Assembly (NCBI GenBank): GCA_030834905.1
Contig: JAUQWZ010000022.1
Span: 28,335-92,334, forward strand
From: Aggregatilineales bacterium
Lineage (GTDB): Bacteria; Chloroflexota; Anaerolineae; Aggregatilineales; Phototrophicaceae
Direction of reading: 5' to 3'
DNA length: 64,000 nucleotides
Each line of letters opens with the position of its first letter. The stretch's first letter is position 1. Positions 1 to 8,887 of this stretch are shown piece by piece. Both the position numbers and the translations under genes were made by a program. Under the pieces are notes generated by a model. It made no database searches and was not told the DNA's origin. It worked only from the letters and a program-made list of their open reading frames with translations.

Positions 1-2
1 TG

Positions 3-1763
3 CGGGTCTACGACAGCACCATCGTCGGAAACGTCGCCATCAATGGCGGCGGCGGCATCGTCAGCAACGGGGTTCTGGTGTATTTACGCCGCGTCTCTAT
101 TCGCGAAAATTATGCGGGTGGTGGTGCAGGACTCCAGACCGATTTCAGCGGTAGGCTAGATGCTGAATGCGTACAGTTCTGGGATAATTCCAGTGGCTAT
201 GGTGTTGGCGTATTAAGCGGTGCCAGCAGCAACACCAGCGCGCAGGTAAGCATCCATTACAGCAGTTTATATGGGAATCTGACGATCAATAATCCAAATC
301 CTGAAGAAGATATCTTTAACCTGCTGCCCAACAACGTTAGCATACAGGCGCAGCAGAATTGGTGGGGCGCAGATGGAGTACCTGCCGTATTCGACGGGCA
401 AACGGGCGCGTCAATTGACACGTCATCGGCGCTTTCATTCGACCCGACGATTCCCATCAACGGACAATATGCGATTTCCGAATGTGAGCCACAACTGCCG
501 GAAGTGCCGCCAACTCCCACACCTACTCCCACTCCTACCCCAACGGAGACGCCGACGCCCACCTTTACGCCGACACCTGACCCTGCGTTGCCGTATTACG
601 AACGATTCGAAGGACTGATGTTCTGGATTATGTACAATGAAACTTCACAGAATATAGTAGAGGATCAGTTCGACATAGTGGAAACGGCTGCGAACAATGG
701 GTCGCCCACTGATCCTAACAGAGTAGTTCTAGTCCCTTCATCAGCCAGCTTCCCACGAGAACAGCGTGGAGTACGCTATCTCTTCGGGCGCACAATTCTG
801 AATAACATCCCAGACTACGTACCCGGTTCAGAGGCAGCGGGGTATGAAGGAGGTTATGCATATGGGAGAAATTGGGGAGGGTCTATAAACGATCCAAACA
901 ATACGATATGGAGCAGCTATCAAGGATGCCCTGACACACATGGGTGGAACTACAATGGTGGTACGCTTCCGTCGTATAGCAGTATATACAACGGGACTGC
1001 TCTACAGATTTTGGATTGGTTCAGTGATTATGCTAGTTGCCGCGCTGCTGCTAATCCGAACTTTCAACCACATTATCAGATGTTAATCAGCGTTATCGGT
1101 ACGGCTACGCAGCATCATATAGCTAACACTCCCAATCCGGCTGGCAATGCCTATTACATTCGCAATGCGAATAGTTGCTTCGTCTCTGATCCGCCAGGTG
1201 GTGCTTGCATTACAACAAATACAATCCAAGCATGGTGTACAGGGGCAGGTCGTAACTGTAGAAGTGCAAACGTGTACGTAGAAGAAGTATCTACCGGAGC
1301 AGTGGGCGTTACGGTCGCTGATTGGTACAATTACAATCAACTACCAAGTCAGTATAGTACCCCTATTGCTGAACCCCAAAATCTTGTATTCAACCCGACT
1401 TATCTCTTTGATCCGTTGACCTCTGGGAACCCGCAACAGATAACCTACAACTCACAGGTCGGGGTACATTACCATATCAGTACTGGGCTATACGATGTTG
1501 ATAGTCAGGCACGATATTTCCTAATGGGGATAGGAGCTAGCCAGTTCTCTGAAACCATAGAGTCTGCCTTTGCTAGGCACTGGAATCGATTGAACCGGGA
1601 TCGAACTCCGGTAAATCCAGAAACGCTCTATCCAAGCACCTGCATCAATGCGGCAGCCCACATTACCTTTGGTCAAGGTGCATTTCAAACTTGGGCTACC
1701 TACATTTTCCAAGCCGAAACTCAAACACCAGGAGGTGATATATGGTTCTGCGCCGCACCATGA
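3..1763 (+). CDS. 5'-truncated large secreted/surface protein: beta-helix (Pmp-like) repeats, conserved NWWG module, Pro/Thr linker, variable C-terminal domain (candidate polymorphic effector, cassette 1)
   Basis: Frame is open from position 3 (RVYDSTIVGNVAINGGGGIVSNG...), so the gene starts before the window. GG-rich beta-helix-like repeats, PT repeats at ~512-582, stop TGA at 1761-1763 overlaps the next ATG. Confidence 0.8.
   Translation, partial: RVYDSTIVGNVAINGGGGIVSNGVLVYLRRVSIRENYAGGGAGLQTDFSGRLDAECVQFWDNSSGYGVGVLSGASSNTSAQVSIHYSSLYGNLTINNPNPEEDIFNLLPNNVSIQAQQNWWGADGVPAVFDGQTGASIDTSSALSFDPTIPINGQYAISECEPQLPEVPPTPTPTPTPTPTETPTPTFTPTPDPALPYYERFEGLMFWIMYNETSQNIVEDQFDIVETAANNGSPTDPNRVVLVPSSASFPREQRGVRYLFGRTILNNIPDYVPGSEAAGYEGGYAYGRNWGGSINDPNNTIWSSYQGCPDTHGWNYNGGTLPSYSSIYNGTALQILDWFSDYASCRAAANPNFQPHYQMLISVIGTATQHHIANTPNPAGNAYYIRNANSCFVSDPPGGACITTNTIQAWCTGAGRNCRSANVYVEEVSTGAVGVTVADWYNYNQLPSQYSTPIAEPQNLVFNPTYLFDPLTSGNPQQITYNSQVGVHYHISTGLYDVDSQARYFLMGIGASQFSETIESAFARHWNRLNRDRTPVNPETLYPSTCINAAAHITFGQGAFQTWATYIFQAETQTPGGDIWFCAAP
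315..455 (+). repeat. Arm 1, copy 1 (conserved module FNLLPNNVSIQAQQNWWGADGVPAVFDGQTGASIDTSSALSFDPTIP)
   Basis: 315-370 matches 3037-3092 at 54/56 nt; 347-424 matches 7636-7713 at 77/78 nt (manual alignment). Confidence 0.95.
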
Positions 1764-2983
1764 ACATTTTCAAGTTGTTTGCCCTAATAGTCATTTGGCA
1801 AACATTTATACCTTCCGTTGTGGCTCAAAATGCCTCCCTTACCTTTACTGCTTGGAGTCCCGATGGCATATTTCTAGCAGTTACCAGCGGATCGACCGTA
1901 CAAATAGTCGATGTAGCCACAAGTCAACCAACGAATCAACTTTCGGACTTGTCTGAGCAAGTCACTGCATCATTGTGGAGTCCAGACGGGAGCAGACTAG
2001 CGGTTGCAAATGGTTCTACTTTAGAAATATGGCAGCAACCTTGGGATGGGGGTCTTGCAAGCCTTGAAGCGAGATTACAATCTACCGCATACATTCGCTC
2101 AATGGCATGGAATCCGCAAGGTAACCAAATCGCTATCGCCCATGATGCGGTGGAAGTATGGAATTTGGGAACTCGTACTCAGATTTATAGCGTATACGCC
2201 CATAACGGCTTCATCACGCAAATTTCGTGGAGTCCCGATGGGGCACGGTTTGCTACCACGAGTGTAGACAGGAGCGTAAAAGTCTGGGATGCAGCGACAG
2301 GAGCAATATTAAGCACCATGACTGTTGTGCAAAATTCCAATTTGCCCGTATCCGAAATTTTTACAGTCGCCACGTCAGTCTCATGGAGTCCGGTCAATAC
2401 GGAGTTGGTTTTCGGAGCAGAAGATGGGACAACGCGCCTTTGGAATACGGCTCAGTTAACTGGGAGTGAAGTCAGAACATCTGAAAACAGCCCAGGAGTT
2501 TTTCGTGCTAATGAAGAGGCAGTTCTAGCCGTTGATTGGAATCCTACAGGGACAGAAGTCGCCGCTGGTGCTAGGGATGGTATCGTTTCTATCTGGGATA
2601 CAGAAACAGGTGACCAATTACAAACGTTTCAAAGTGATCTCAGCATAAATTCCGTCTCCTACAGTCCATACGGCGGCAGATTGGCAATAAGTGGAAGTTC
2701 ACCGCTGTCACAAGTAGATACCGACCTTTCGATAAACGCTTCTCAATTTCTTGCCAATGGCGCAGTCCAAATCGTTGTCCCCGCACCCTCACTTGAACGG
2801 CTGCAAACGATTGCGGATGCTTGCAACGCGCCTATTGCCATCGAGCAGTCGCTCACTGCCAGCATCCAAGCCGATCAACTCGCGGATGTAGTCGCACAGG
2901 TTGAAGCGCTGCCGGAGAACACCATCCCGCCCGCCTGCGCCGCCGATTTGATCGCGGTAGCAGAAGCGCTGCAAAGCCAGTAG
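1760..2983 (+). CDS. Secreted WD40 beta-propeller protein with conserved helical C-terminal tail (candidate immunity protein 1)
   Basis: ATGA overlap with upstream stop; signal-peptide-like MNIFKLFALIVIWQTFIPSVVA|Q; repeated WSPDG/WD motifs; tail shared with 8888-10096. Confidence 0.9.
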   Translation: MNIFKLFALIVIWQTFIPSVVAQNASLTFTAWSPDGIFLAVTSGSTVQIVDVATSQPTNQLSDLSEQVTASLWSPDGSRLAVANGSTLEIWQQPWDGGLASLEARLQSTAYIRSMAWNPQGNQIAIAHDAVEVWNLGTRTQIYSVYAHNGFITQISWSPDGARFATTSVDRSVKVWDAATGAILSTMTVVQNSNLPVSEIFTVATSVSWSPVNTELVFGAEDGTTRLWNTAQLTGSEVRTSENSPGVFRANEEAVLAVDWNPTGTEVAAGARDGIVSIWDTETGDQLQTFQSDLSINSVSYSPYGGRLAISGSSPLSQVDTDLSINASQFLANGAVQIVVPAPSLERLQTIADACNAPIAIEQSLTASIQADQLADVVAQVEALPENTIPPACAADLIAVAEALQSQ

Positions 2984-3025
2984 CTTCACGCTCACAAAGG
3001 GCGCATCCACGCGGGTGCGCCCGTT
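2906..3025 (+). repeat. Arm 2, copy 1 (WD40 3' end, stop codon and hairpin)
   Basis: 115/120 nt identical to 10019-10138; includes hairpin GGGCGCATCC-ACGC-GGGTGCGCCC at 2999-3022. Confidence 0.95.
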
Positions 3026-3036
3026 TCCCTTGAACA

Positions 3037-3092
3037 TTTAACCTGCTGCCCAACAACGTAAGCATACAGGCGCAGCAGAACTGGTGGGGCGC
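3037..3092 (+). repeat. Arm 1, truncated copy (untranslatable fragment FNLLPNNVSIQAQQNWWGA)
   Basis: 54/56 identical to 315-370; in-frame stops at 3031-3033 and 3100-3102; 3069-3092 is identical to 7636-7659. Confidence 0.95.
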
Positions 3093-3094
3093 TG

Positions 3095-4273
3095 ATGACT
3101 AACTCTGCAATTGAAGACGCTAAACAGGCGGCGCTGTCAGTGCTGCTCCACAATGCTCACGGAGACTATCACGGGCTGCCGCGTACCGCCGGGTGGGGCT
3201 ATGCCGAACCCTACACCCGCGACCTGATGATCGCCAGCCTGGGGATGCTGGTGACCGGCGATCAAACCCTGCTGGCGTCTACGCGGGCGGTTCTGGAAGC
3301 GCTGGCGTCGAACCAGACGCCGCTGGGACACATTCCCGGCTTAGCGCACGATCCCGGCGATCTTGGCTCCAGCGATACGACGCCGCTGTTTCTCATCGGG
3401 CTGGCGCTGTTTCGCGCGGCGGCGGGCGAGGCGCGCTTTCTCTCTGCTGCTGCCGAAAAGGCGCTCACCTGGCTGCGATATCAGAGTCCCGATAACAGCG
3501 GGCTGGTGGCGCAGCAGCCGACCAGCGACTGGCGCGATGAACAGTGGGTGCCGGGCTTTGGGCTGTACGTCAATACGCTGGTCTACATCGCGCTGCGGCT
3601 CTGGGATCGCAGCGAAGAAGCTGACGCGGTGGGGCGGCTCATCAATTTGCCCATCGTCAGGGCGGGCTGGAAGGATGCTCACGTCCACGAAGGCTTAGCC
3701 ATTCCTGACAAGCCTTACTATGCCCTGTGGTCATACAAAGTCCACAACAGCGAGCGCTTTGATTTGCTCGGCAACAGTCTGGCAGTCCTGTCGGGCGCGG
3801 CGTCGCCGGCTAAAGCCAGCCAGATGGTGGACTGGATCGAATCCCAGTGTCAGGCGCTCCAGCGAAACCATGCGCTGGCGGTGAATCTGCCGCCCTGTCT
3901 GTTTCCCTACATTCAGCCCGGCGATGGCGACTGGAACCCGCGTTATCAGCAGTTTAACCAGCCGGGCGAGTATCACAACGGCGGTCTGTGGCCCTTTGCC
4001 ATCGGCTTCTACATCGCCGCGCTGGTCGCTGCCGGACGCGCTGACCTTGCCAGCGACAAGCTTGATCTTCTGACCGAGCTAATCCGCCTCGCGCGGCAGG
4101 TCAACGTCACCTTCGGATTTAATGAGTGGCTGCGGGCGCAGGATGGAACGCCGCGCGGGCAGGACTGGCAGACGTGGTCGGCGGCGATGTATCTGTACGC
4201 GGCGGCGGCGGTTGAAGAAAATCGGACGCCGTTTTTAGACCATCTGCGCGGGCAAAACAGCGCTGCCGGATAA
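3095..4273 (+). CDS. Glycoside hydrolase, (alpha/alpha)6 type (GH100/amylo-alpha-1,6-glucosidase-like)
   Basis: Motifs GWGYAEPYTRD, DWRDE, YHNGGLWPF, QDWQTWSAAMY. Confidence 0.75.
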   Translation: MTNSAIEDAKQAALSVLLHNAHGDYHGLPRTAGWGYAEPYTRDLMIASLGMLVTGDQTLLASTRAVLEALASNQTPLGHIPGLAHDPGDLGSSDTTPLFLIGLALFRAAAGEARFLSAAAEKALTWLRYQSPDNSGLVAQQPTSDWRDEQWVPGFGLYVNTLVYIALRLWDRSEEADAVGRLINLPIVRAGWKDAHVHEGLAIPDKPYYALWSYKVHNSERFDLLGNSLAVLSGAASPAKASQMVDWIESQCQALQRNHALAVNLPPCLFPYIQPGDGDWNPRYQQFNQPGEYHNGGLWPFAIGFYIAALVAAGRADLASDKLDLLTELIRLARQVNVTFGFNEWLRAQDGTPRGQDWQTWSAAMYLYAAAAVEENRTPFLDHLRGQNSAAG

Positions 4274-4326
4274 GCCGAACGGGACGCATCCACACGGATG
4301 CGTCCCATTCAGCGCGTCCTCCAGTT

Positions 4327-4659
4327 TCAGGGGATCTCCGGCGCGTCAGCGTCGTCGTTTTCGAGGAAGTGCTTCAGCCGCACCAGGCGTTCATCCCACT
4401 TGAAGCCGATTTCCTTGATCCATTGATCGACTTCCTTCAGCGGGTCGGGTCTGAAGCTGTAACGTTTTTCACGTCCCGCCTGATAGACGGTGACCAGCCC
4501 GGCATCTTTGAGGATGTGCAGATGCTTGATAATCCCCTGTCGGGTGATCGGGTATTCCTCTGCGAGCTGGGTCGCCGTCCTGGGGCTGTGTTCCGCCAGG
4601 TTCACCAGCAAATCCCGGCGCACCGGGTCAGCCAGCGCGGCGAAAACGGGTCTGTCCAT
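4327..4659 (-). CDS. ArsR/SmtB family transcriptional regulator
   Basis: VFAALADPVRR...ITRQGIIKHLHILKDAGLV; paired with an SRPBCC gene. Confidence 0.9.
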   Translation of the reverse strand: MDRPVFAALADPVRRDLLVNLAEHSPRTATQLAEEYPITRQGIIKHLHILKDAGLVTVYQAGREKRYSFRPDPLKEVDQWIKEIGFKWDERLVRLKHFLENDDADAPEIP

Positions 4660-4822
4660 AGTTCATGCGGCAGGTTTCCGCCCTCCAGATATGATGTCAG
4701 ACTAAAGTATTGTCTGTGGGCGCAGCACTGCTGCGCCCCTGCTTTCAACTTTACACTTGCGACTCAGTACTCTCCTACAGCCGCCGAATGTCTTAAGGTG
4801 CTCGACTCGTTTGGCTAAGCCG

Positions 4823-5749
4823 CTAAAAACCCTGTGGTATCGGCAGGCTGTAGCCCTCGATCACGGCTTTCACGTTCCCCAGCATCATACCAAAGCCGAA
4901 ACTGTTCTGCTCCATATCGGTCCAGCGAATAGCGTCCGGCACCGATTCATAGCCGGAATAGATCAGCGTCAGGCGCGTGCCGCCAGCTTCCTCTTTCAGC
5001 ACCCAGTCGGTGGTATACGATGCTTCTTCGCCTTCCGGCACCGAGCGCGTCATCAGTCGATGAGGCGGATCGACCACTTCGAGGATCTGGACGTACATTT
5101 CTCCACCCGTTTCCGGGTTCTCCACGTAAAGCCGCGCGCCCACGCCCGTCCCCGTCACCTTAAACGTGGTTCCCGGCGCAAACCACTGCTCGATCTGCCC
5201 CGGATCGGTCAGCGCCTGCCACACGCGCTGGCGCGACGCTTTGATCCAGATGCTGCGTTCGAGCGAGACGCTGTCTTTTGATTCGCGCCAGAAGCCCAAC
5301 AGCGGGCTGACATAAGCGTGCGGGAACGGCAGGTCGGCGCTGGCGAGATAGGCTTTCAGGTTTTCCAGCGTCTTTTCCCAGCCAGCCCGGATCTGATCGA
5401 GCCGATCCTCGCGGGCATCTTCCGGCAGCGCTTCAAATCCACTCATGGTCACGGTGACGCGCGTGCCAGCCTGCTCCTCGTCCAGTCTGTAGGTGGTGAT
5501 GATCTGGCGTTCCGGCACGCTGCGCAGGGCAGCTTCGCGCGGCGGGTTCACCAGTTCCAACTGGAACACGTCAATTCCCATCTCTCCCATGTGGATCGTG
5601 ACCTTGCCGCTGTCATCACGGGTCATTTGCGCGCCCGGCAGGTTGGGCACAAACCACTGCGCCACCTGTTCGGGGTTGGTCACCGCTTCCCATACTCGCT
5701 CGCGCGGAGCGCCAATCCAGATGCTGCGTTCAACGGTTATCGTCTGCAC
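4823..5749 (-). CDS. Tandem SRPBCC/AHSA1 domain protein
   Basis: Two repeats of ERSIWI.A.R.RVW.A.T.P.Q..QWF; GTG start with AGGAGG upstream. Confidence 0.9.
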   Translation of the reverse strand: MQTITVERSIWIGAPRERVWEAVTNPEQVAQWFVPNLPGAQMTRDDSGKVTIHMGEMGIDVFQLELVNPPREAALRSVPERQIITTYRLDEEQAGTRVTVTMSGFEALPEDAREDRLDQIRAGWEKTLENLKAYLASADLPFPHAYVSPLLGFWRESKDSVSLERSIWIKASRQRVWQALTDPGQIEQWFAPGTTFKVTGTGVGARLYVENPETGGEMYVQILEVVDPPHRLMTRSVPEGEEASYTTDWVLKEEAGGTRLTLIYSGYESVPDAIRWTDMEQNSFGFGMMLGNVKAVIEGYSLPIPQGF

Positions 5750-5766
5750 GTCCTATGCCTCCTATG

Positions 5767-5784
5767 TGTAACCAAACGGTTGCA
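5767..5784. promoter_or_regulatory. Putative operator of the ArsR-SRPBCC operon
   Basis: Imperfect inverted repeat TGTAACC-N4-GGTTGCA just upstream of the SRPBCC ribosome-binding site. Confidence 0.45.
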
Positions 5785-5931
5785 TATACTGTATTAGAAA
5801 AAGCGTTCTATGTCAAGTCATTCGCCAGGGCAGGTTTCAGCATCGTCGCCCCGGCGTCCGATTCTCGTCACTTGCTCCTAAGCATCTGGTGGCTTAAACT
5901 GTACACAGAGCAGTCTCAGAGAACACGCACT

Positions 5932-7530
5932 ATGATGGCAACACCGCCCGACGACCTGATCGGCAAGACACTTGGACAGTTTGAAATTCTGGACGAAATC
6001 GGACGCGGCGGCATGGCAACCGTTTACCGCGCCCGCCAGCGTTCGATTAATCGCATGGTGGCGGTCAAAGTGCTGCCGCGCGCGCTGCTGCACGACCCCA
6101 GCTTTTACGAGCGCTTCACTCGCGAAGTGGACGTGATCGCCCATCTTGAACACCCGCACATTCTGCCGATTTACGACTATGGCGAAGTTGAGGGCATCCC
6201 CTACATCGCCATGCGCTATCTCGCCGGGGGCAGTCTGGCGCAGGTGATTCGCCGCGGGCTGATGCCGCTGGAGCAGTTGATCAAGCCGTTCTCGCAGATC
6301 GGGCAGGCGCTGGATCACGCGCACCAGCAGGGCGTCATCCATCGCGATCTCAAGCCGGGAAATATCCTGCTCGATGAGCGCGGCAACGCCTACCTGTCCG
6401 ATTTCGGCATCGCCCGCGTCCTCAACAGCAGCCTGACCGGCAGCGCCATCATCGGCACGCCCGCTTACATGAGTCCTGAACAGGCGAACGGCTATCCGCT
6501 GGATGGTCGCTCGGATGTTTACGCGCTGGGCGTGGTGTTGTTCGAGATGATCGCCGGACGCGAGCCGTTTGAAGCCGAAACGCCGGTTGCCATGCTGATG
6601 AAGCACATCAACGAGCCGATGCCTCCTATTCGCCAGTTCCGTCCGGGTACGCCAGAGGCGGTTGAGCAGGTGCTTTTCCGGGCGACGGCGAAACATCCCG
6701 ACCAACGCTTTCCGTCGGCGGGCGATCTGGCGGCTGCCTTCAGCGAAGCGGTCTATCAACCGGCGTCGCGCCCGATGATGCCGCCCATCAATCAGGACGA
6801 TACGCCCACGATGATCCCCGAAGCTGGCTCGGCGGCACGTCTCACGCCGTCGCATCTCACCCCGCCCGCGCAGACCACATCGCCAGCGGATCAGCATCCG
6901 ACCACGTTTGAATCGCACCACCCGGCACAAAGCCGCCTGCCAGCGCTGCTGATCGGGCTGGTTTTGGTGGTCGTCGTGGTTGGCGCGGCGGTGCTGTTCA
7001 TCGCCACCCGCCCGTCGGATATCCCGCCGACTCCCACGCCGCCGGTTGTCGCCCTGCCAACGCCGTTTGCCAACGCGCGGGTGGCTCGTGCCGATACCTA
7101 TACGCTCTCGGTGCCGGATAGCTGGCGGTTCACCGATCTGTCGGCGGACGATGGCGTGCTGACTCACGTCTGGCAGGATGGGCTGGACGCCTACATCGGC
7201 TTATCGCTGATCCCGGCGGAGATAGGCAATCAGGATGCTTTCCGGGGGCAGATCACCGCCTACCTCGCAGACCACTACGCCGAAGACGCCTATACGTTCG
7301 TGGACGAAGCCATCGCGCCGGACGGCACAGTGCGCCGCAGCTACCGCCTGTTTGGGCAGGTACAGCCCGAATTCGCGCCCGGACAGACCGACACCTTCTT
7401 CTTCAACCGCGCGCCCTATTTCGTCGTGCTTGAGCTTTACGCCTCGGACGCATACGGCAGCGACCTCGTGCCGCAGTACCAGCAGGTGCTCGATTCGCTC
7501 CGCATCCTCCCGCAGGTCGAGCAGGGGTAA
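5932..7530 (+). CDS. Membrane-anchored Hanks-type Ser/Thr protein kinase
   Basis: GRGGMATVY, VAVK, HRDLKPGN, DFG, GTPAYMSPE motifs; transmembrane helix and extracellular C-terminal domain. Start taken at MMATPP. Confidence 0.95.
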   Translation: MMATPPDDLIGKTLGQFEILDEIGRGGMATVYRARQRSINRMVAVKVLPRALLHDPSFYERFTREVDVIAHLEHPHILPIYDYGEVEGIPYIAMRYLAGGSLAQVIRRGLMPLEQLIKPFSQIGQALDHAHQQGVIHRDLKPGNILLDERGNAYLSDFGIARVLNSSLTGSAIIGTPAYMSPEQANGYPLDGRSDVYALGVVLFEMIAGREPFEAETPVAMLMKHINEPMPPIRQFRPGTPEAVEQVLFRATAKHPDQRFPSAGDLAAAFSEAVYQPASRPMMPPINQDDTPTMIPEAGSAARLTPSHLTPPAQTTSPADQHPTTFESHHPAQSRLPALLIGLVLVVVVVGAAVLFIATRPSDIPPTPTPPVVALPTPFANARVARADTYTLSVPDSWRFTDLSADDGVLTHVWQDGLDAYIGLSLIPAEIGNQDAFRGQITAYLADHYAEDAYTFVDEAIAPDGTVRRSYRLFGQVQPEFAPGQTDTFFFNRAPYFVVLELYASDAYGSDLVPQYQQVLDSLRILPQVEQG

Positions 7531-7557
7531 TACCGTACCCGCATACCAACCGGACAG

Positions 7558-7590
7558 GAGCCGTCATGAATAATGGACGGCTCTTTTGTT
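7558..7590 (+). terminator. Rho-independent terminator after the kinase, directly upstream of orphan cassette 2
   Basis: GAGCCGTC-N10-GACGGCTC followed by TTTTGTT. Confidence 0.75.
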
Positions 7591-8857
7591 ATGCTGTGAT
7601 TGTGGCAAGCTGGTACCGAATGATGTGACCATTATGGCGCAGCAGAACTGGTGGGGCGCAGATGGAGTACCTGCCGTATTCGACGGGCAAACGGGCGCGT
7701 CAATTGACACGTCGCAGGCGCTTTCGTTTGACCCAACAATACCTAACCCTGTCACTGGACTGTATGACGTGCCGCAGTGTGCGCCTGCAGCTCCAGAAAC
7801 GCCGCCCACGCCCACACCGACCTTTACGCTGACACCGACGCCTACCAATACCCCGACACCGACGAATACGCCGACCTACGCGCCTTCGACCTCTTTAGAC
7901 CTCAATGGCACGAATAGCGGGCTGAAAGCGGTGATCTTCTGGGCGATATTCCATGAGTCCAGTTCAGATAACTTCGATTCGGGTAGTCCCGTTGATAATT
8001 TTGACTTAGGCAACCCTCGATTCGCCAGTTTCCTATTCAATAACCCATATTGCTCACCTGGCAGTGTTCCAGGCGACAATGCCGCTGAATCACCATTCCA
8101 AAATTGGTACATCCGTCACTGTCCATATGATTATCGTTATATGGTTGCTCAGACGATGTTCAATGGATTCTTGAACTATGAACGGCGGTTCGGCGTAAAT
8201 AGCGCATTCGAGTATGCCGAGCAAAACTTCGGTGGCTCGATTGGAAACACCGCTGCTGGTTTATGGCTAATCTCAGATTGCCAGGTAAATCAGTATGGCA
8301 CAAGCTATGCCGCAGCCCGAGTGAGCAGTGGTCAAAGTACCGCCTATGCAAACGCAATCGGATGGCTCACTGAATATATGACCTGCCTAGCTGGTTTGAG
8401 CACTACCGATTACACCCCAATACGGGTACAACGAGCGTACCAGAGTACCATTTGGTCACAGATCAATGTAGCCGTAAATGATTTCTACACTGATCCTCAA
8501 GACTACACAGATGGCGCTTTTCAAGCCAAAGTCATTAATTTCGGAGCAACACGAACACTGGTTACTTGCGTTGGAGGCTGCTATATCCAGGGGACATCAG
8601 GTGTTGTCTACACTTACGAGTCACCACAAGATCAATTTCTTGGTTTTGCGACAACACCAGTCACAAATATAAGTCAAGCAGACGTAACTGATGCATACAA
8701 CACTCACATGACACAAATCAGCAGTTACACTCCAAGTTTCCACTCAGTTGCGCAACCGATTCTGATTTACAGCTATAACAGTGGAAATCATGTTGGTTAC
8801 GTGTGGGAAACAGAAATTTATCAACAAACGACAGATATGTCTCACACCCCTAGGTAG
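7586..8857 (+). CDS. Orphan C-terminal cassette 2: arm 1 module, Pro/Thr linker and variable domain; lacks the N-terminal body (possibly silent)
   Basis: Begins directly with arm 1 (KLVPNDVTIMAQQNWWG...); in-frame stop at 7571-7573; no signal peptide or clear RBS; possible ATG at 7634. Confidence 0.7.
   Translation: MLCCDCGKLVPNDVTIMAQQNWWGADGVPAVFDGQTGASIDTSQALSFDPTIPNPVTGLYDVPQCAPAAPETPPTPTPTFTLTPTPTNTPTPTNTPTYAPSTSLDLNGTNSGLKAVIFWAIFHESSSDNFDSGSPVDNFDLGNPRFASFLFNNPYCSPGSVPGDNAAESPFQNWYIRHCPYDYRYMVAQTMFNGFLNYERRFGVNSAFEYAEQNFGGSIGNTAAGLWLISDCQVNQYGTSYAAARVSSGQSTAYANAIGWLTEYMTCLAGLSTTDYTPIRVQRAYQSTIWSQINVAVNDFYTDPQDYTDGAFQAKVINFGATRTLVTCVGGCYIQGTSGVVYTYESPQDQFLGFATTPVTNISQADVTDAYNTHMTQISSYTPSFHSVAQPILIYSYNSGNHVGYVWETEIYQQTTDMSHTPR
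7636..7743 (+). repeat. Arm 1, copy 3
   Basis: 7636-7713 is 77/78 identical to 347-424; similarity then decays, mostly at third codon positions. Confidence 0.95.
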
Positions 8858-8887
8858 CTAGCCGCATAGCATAAGGAGAAACGACTG

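Noticed and set aside
512-582. Pro/Thr repeats (also ~7801-7880) as DNA tandem repeats or phase-variable tracts
   Set aside because: Codons vary between units, so this is a protein-level linker rather than a slippage tract.
5878-7167. 429-aa minus-strand ORF
   Set aside because: Antisense shadow of the Ser/Thr kinase; typical of high-GC codon bias and has no recognisable motifs.
315-7713. Arm 1 copies as a CRISPR array
   Set aside because: Only three copies, separated by kilobases of protein-coding DNA; no cas genes.
315-7743. Arm 1 copies as the template/variable repeat pair of a diversity-generating retroelement
   Set aside because: Differences are not adenine-specific (mostly third-codon positions of all types), and no reverse transcriptase is in the window.
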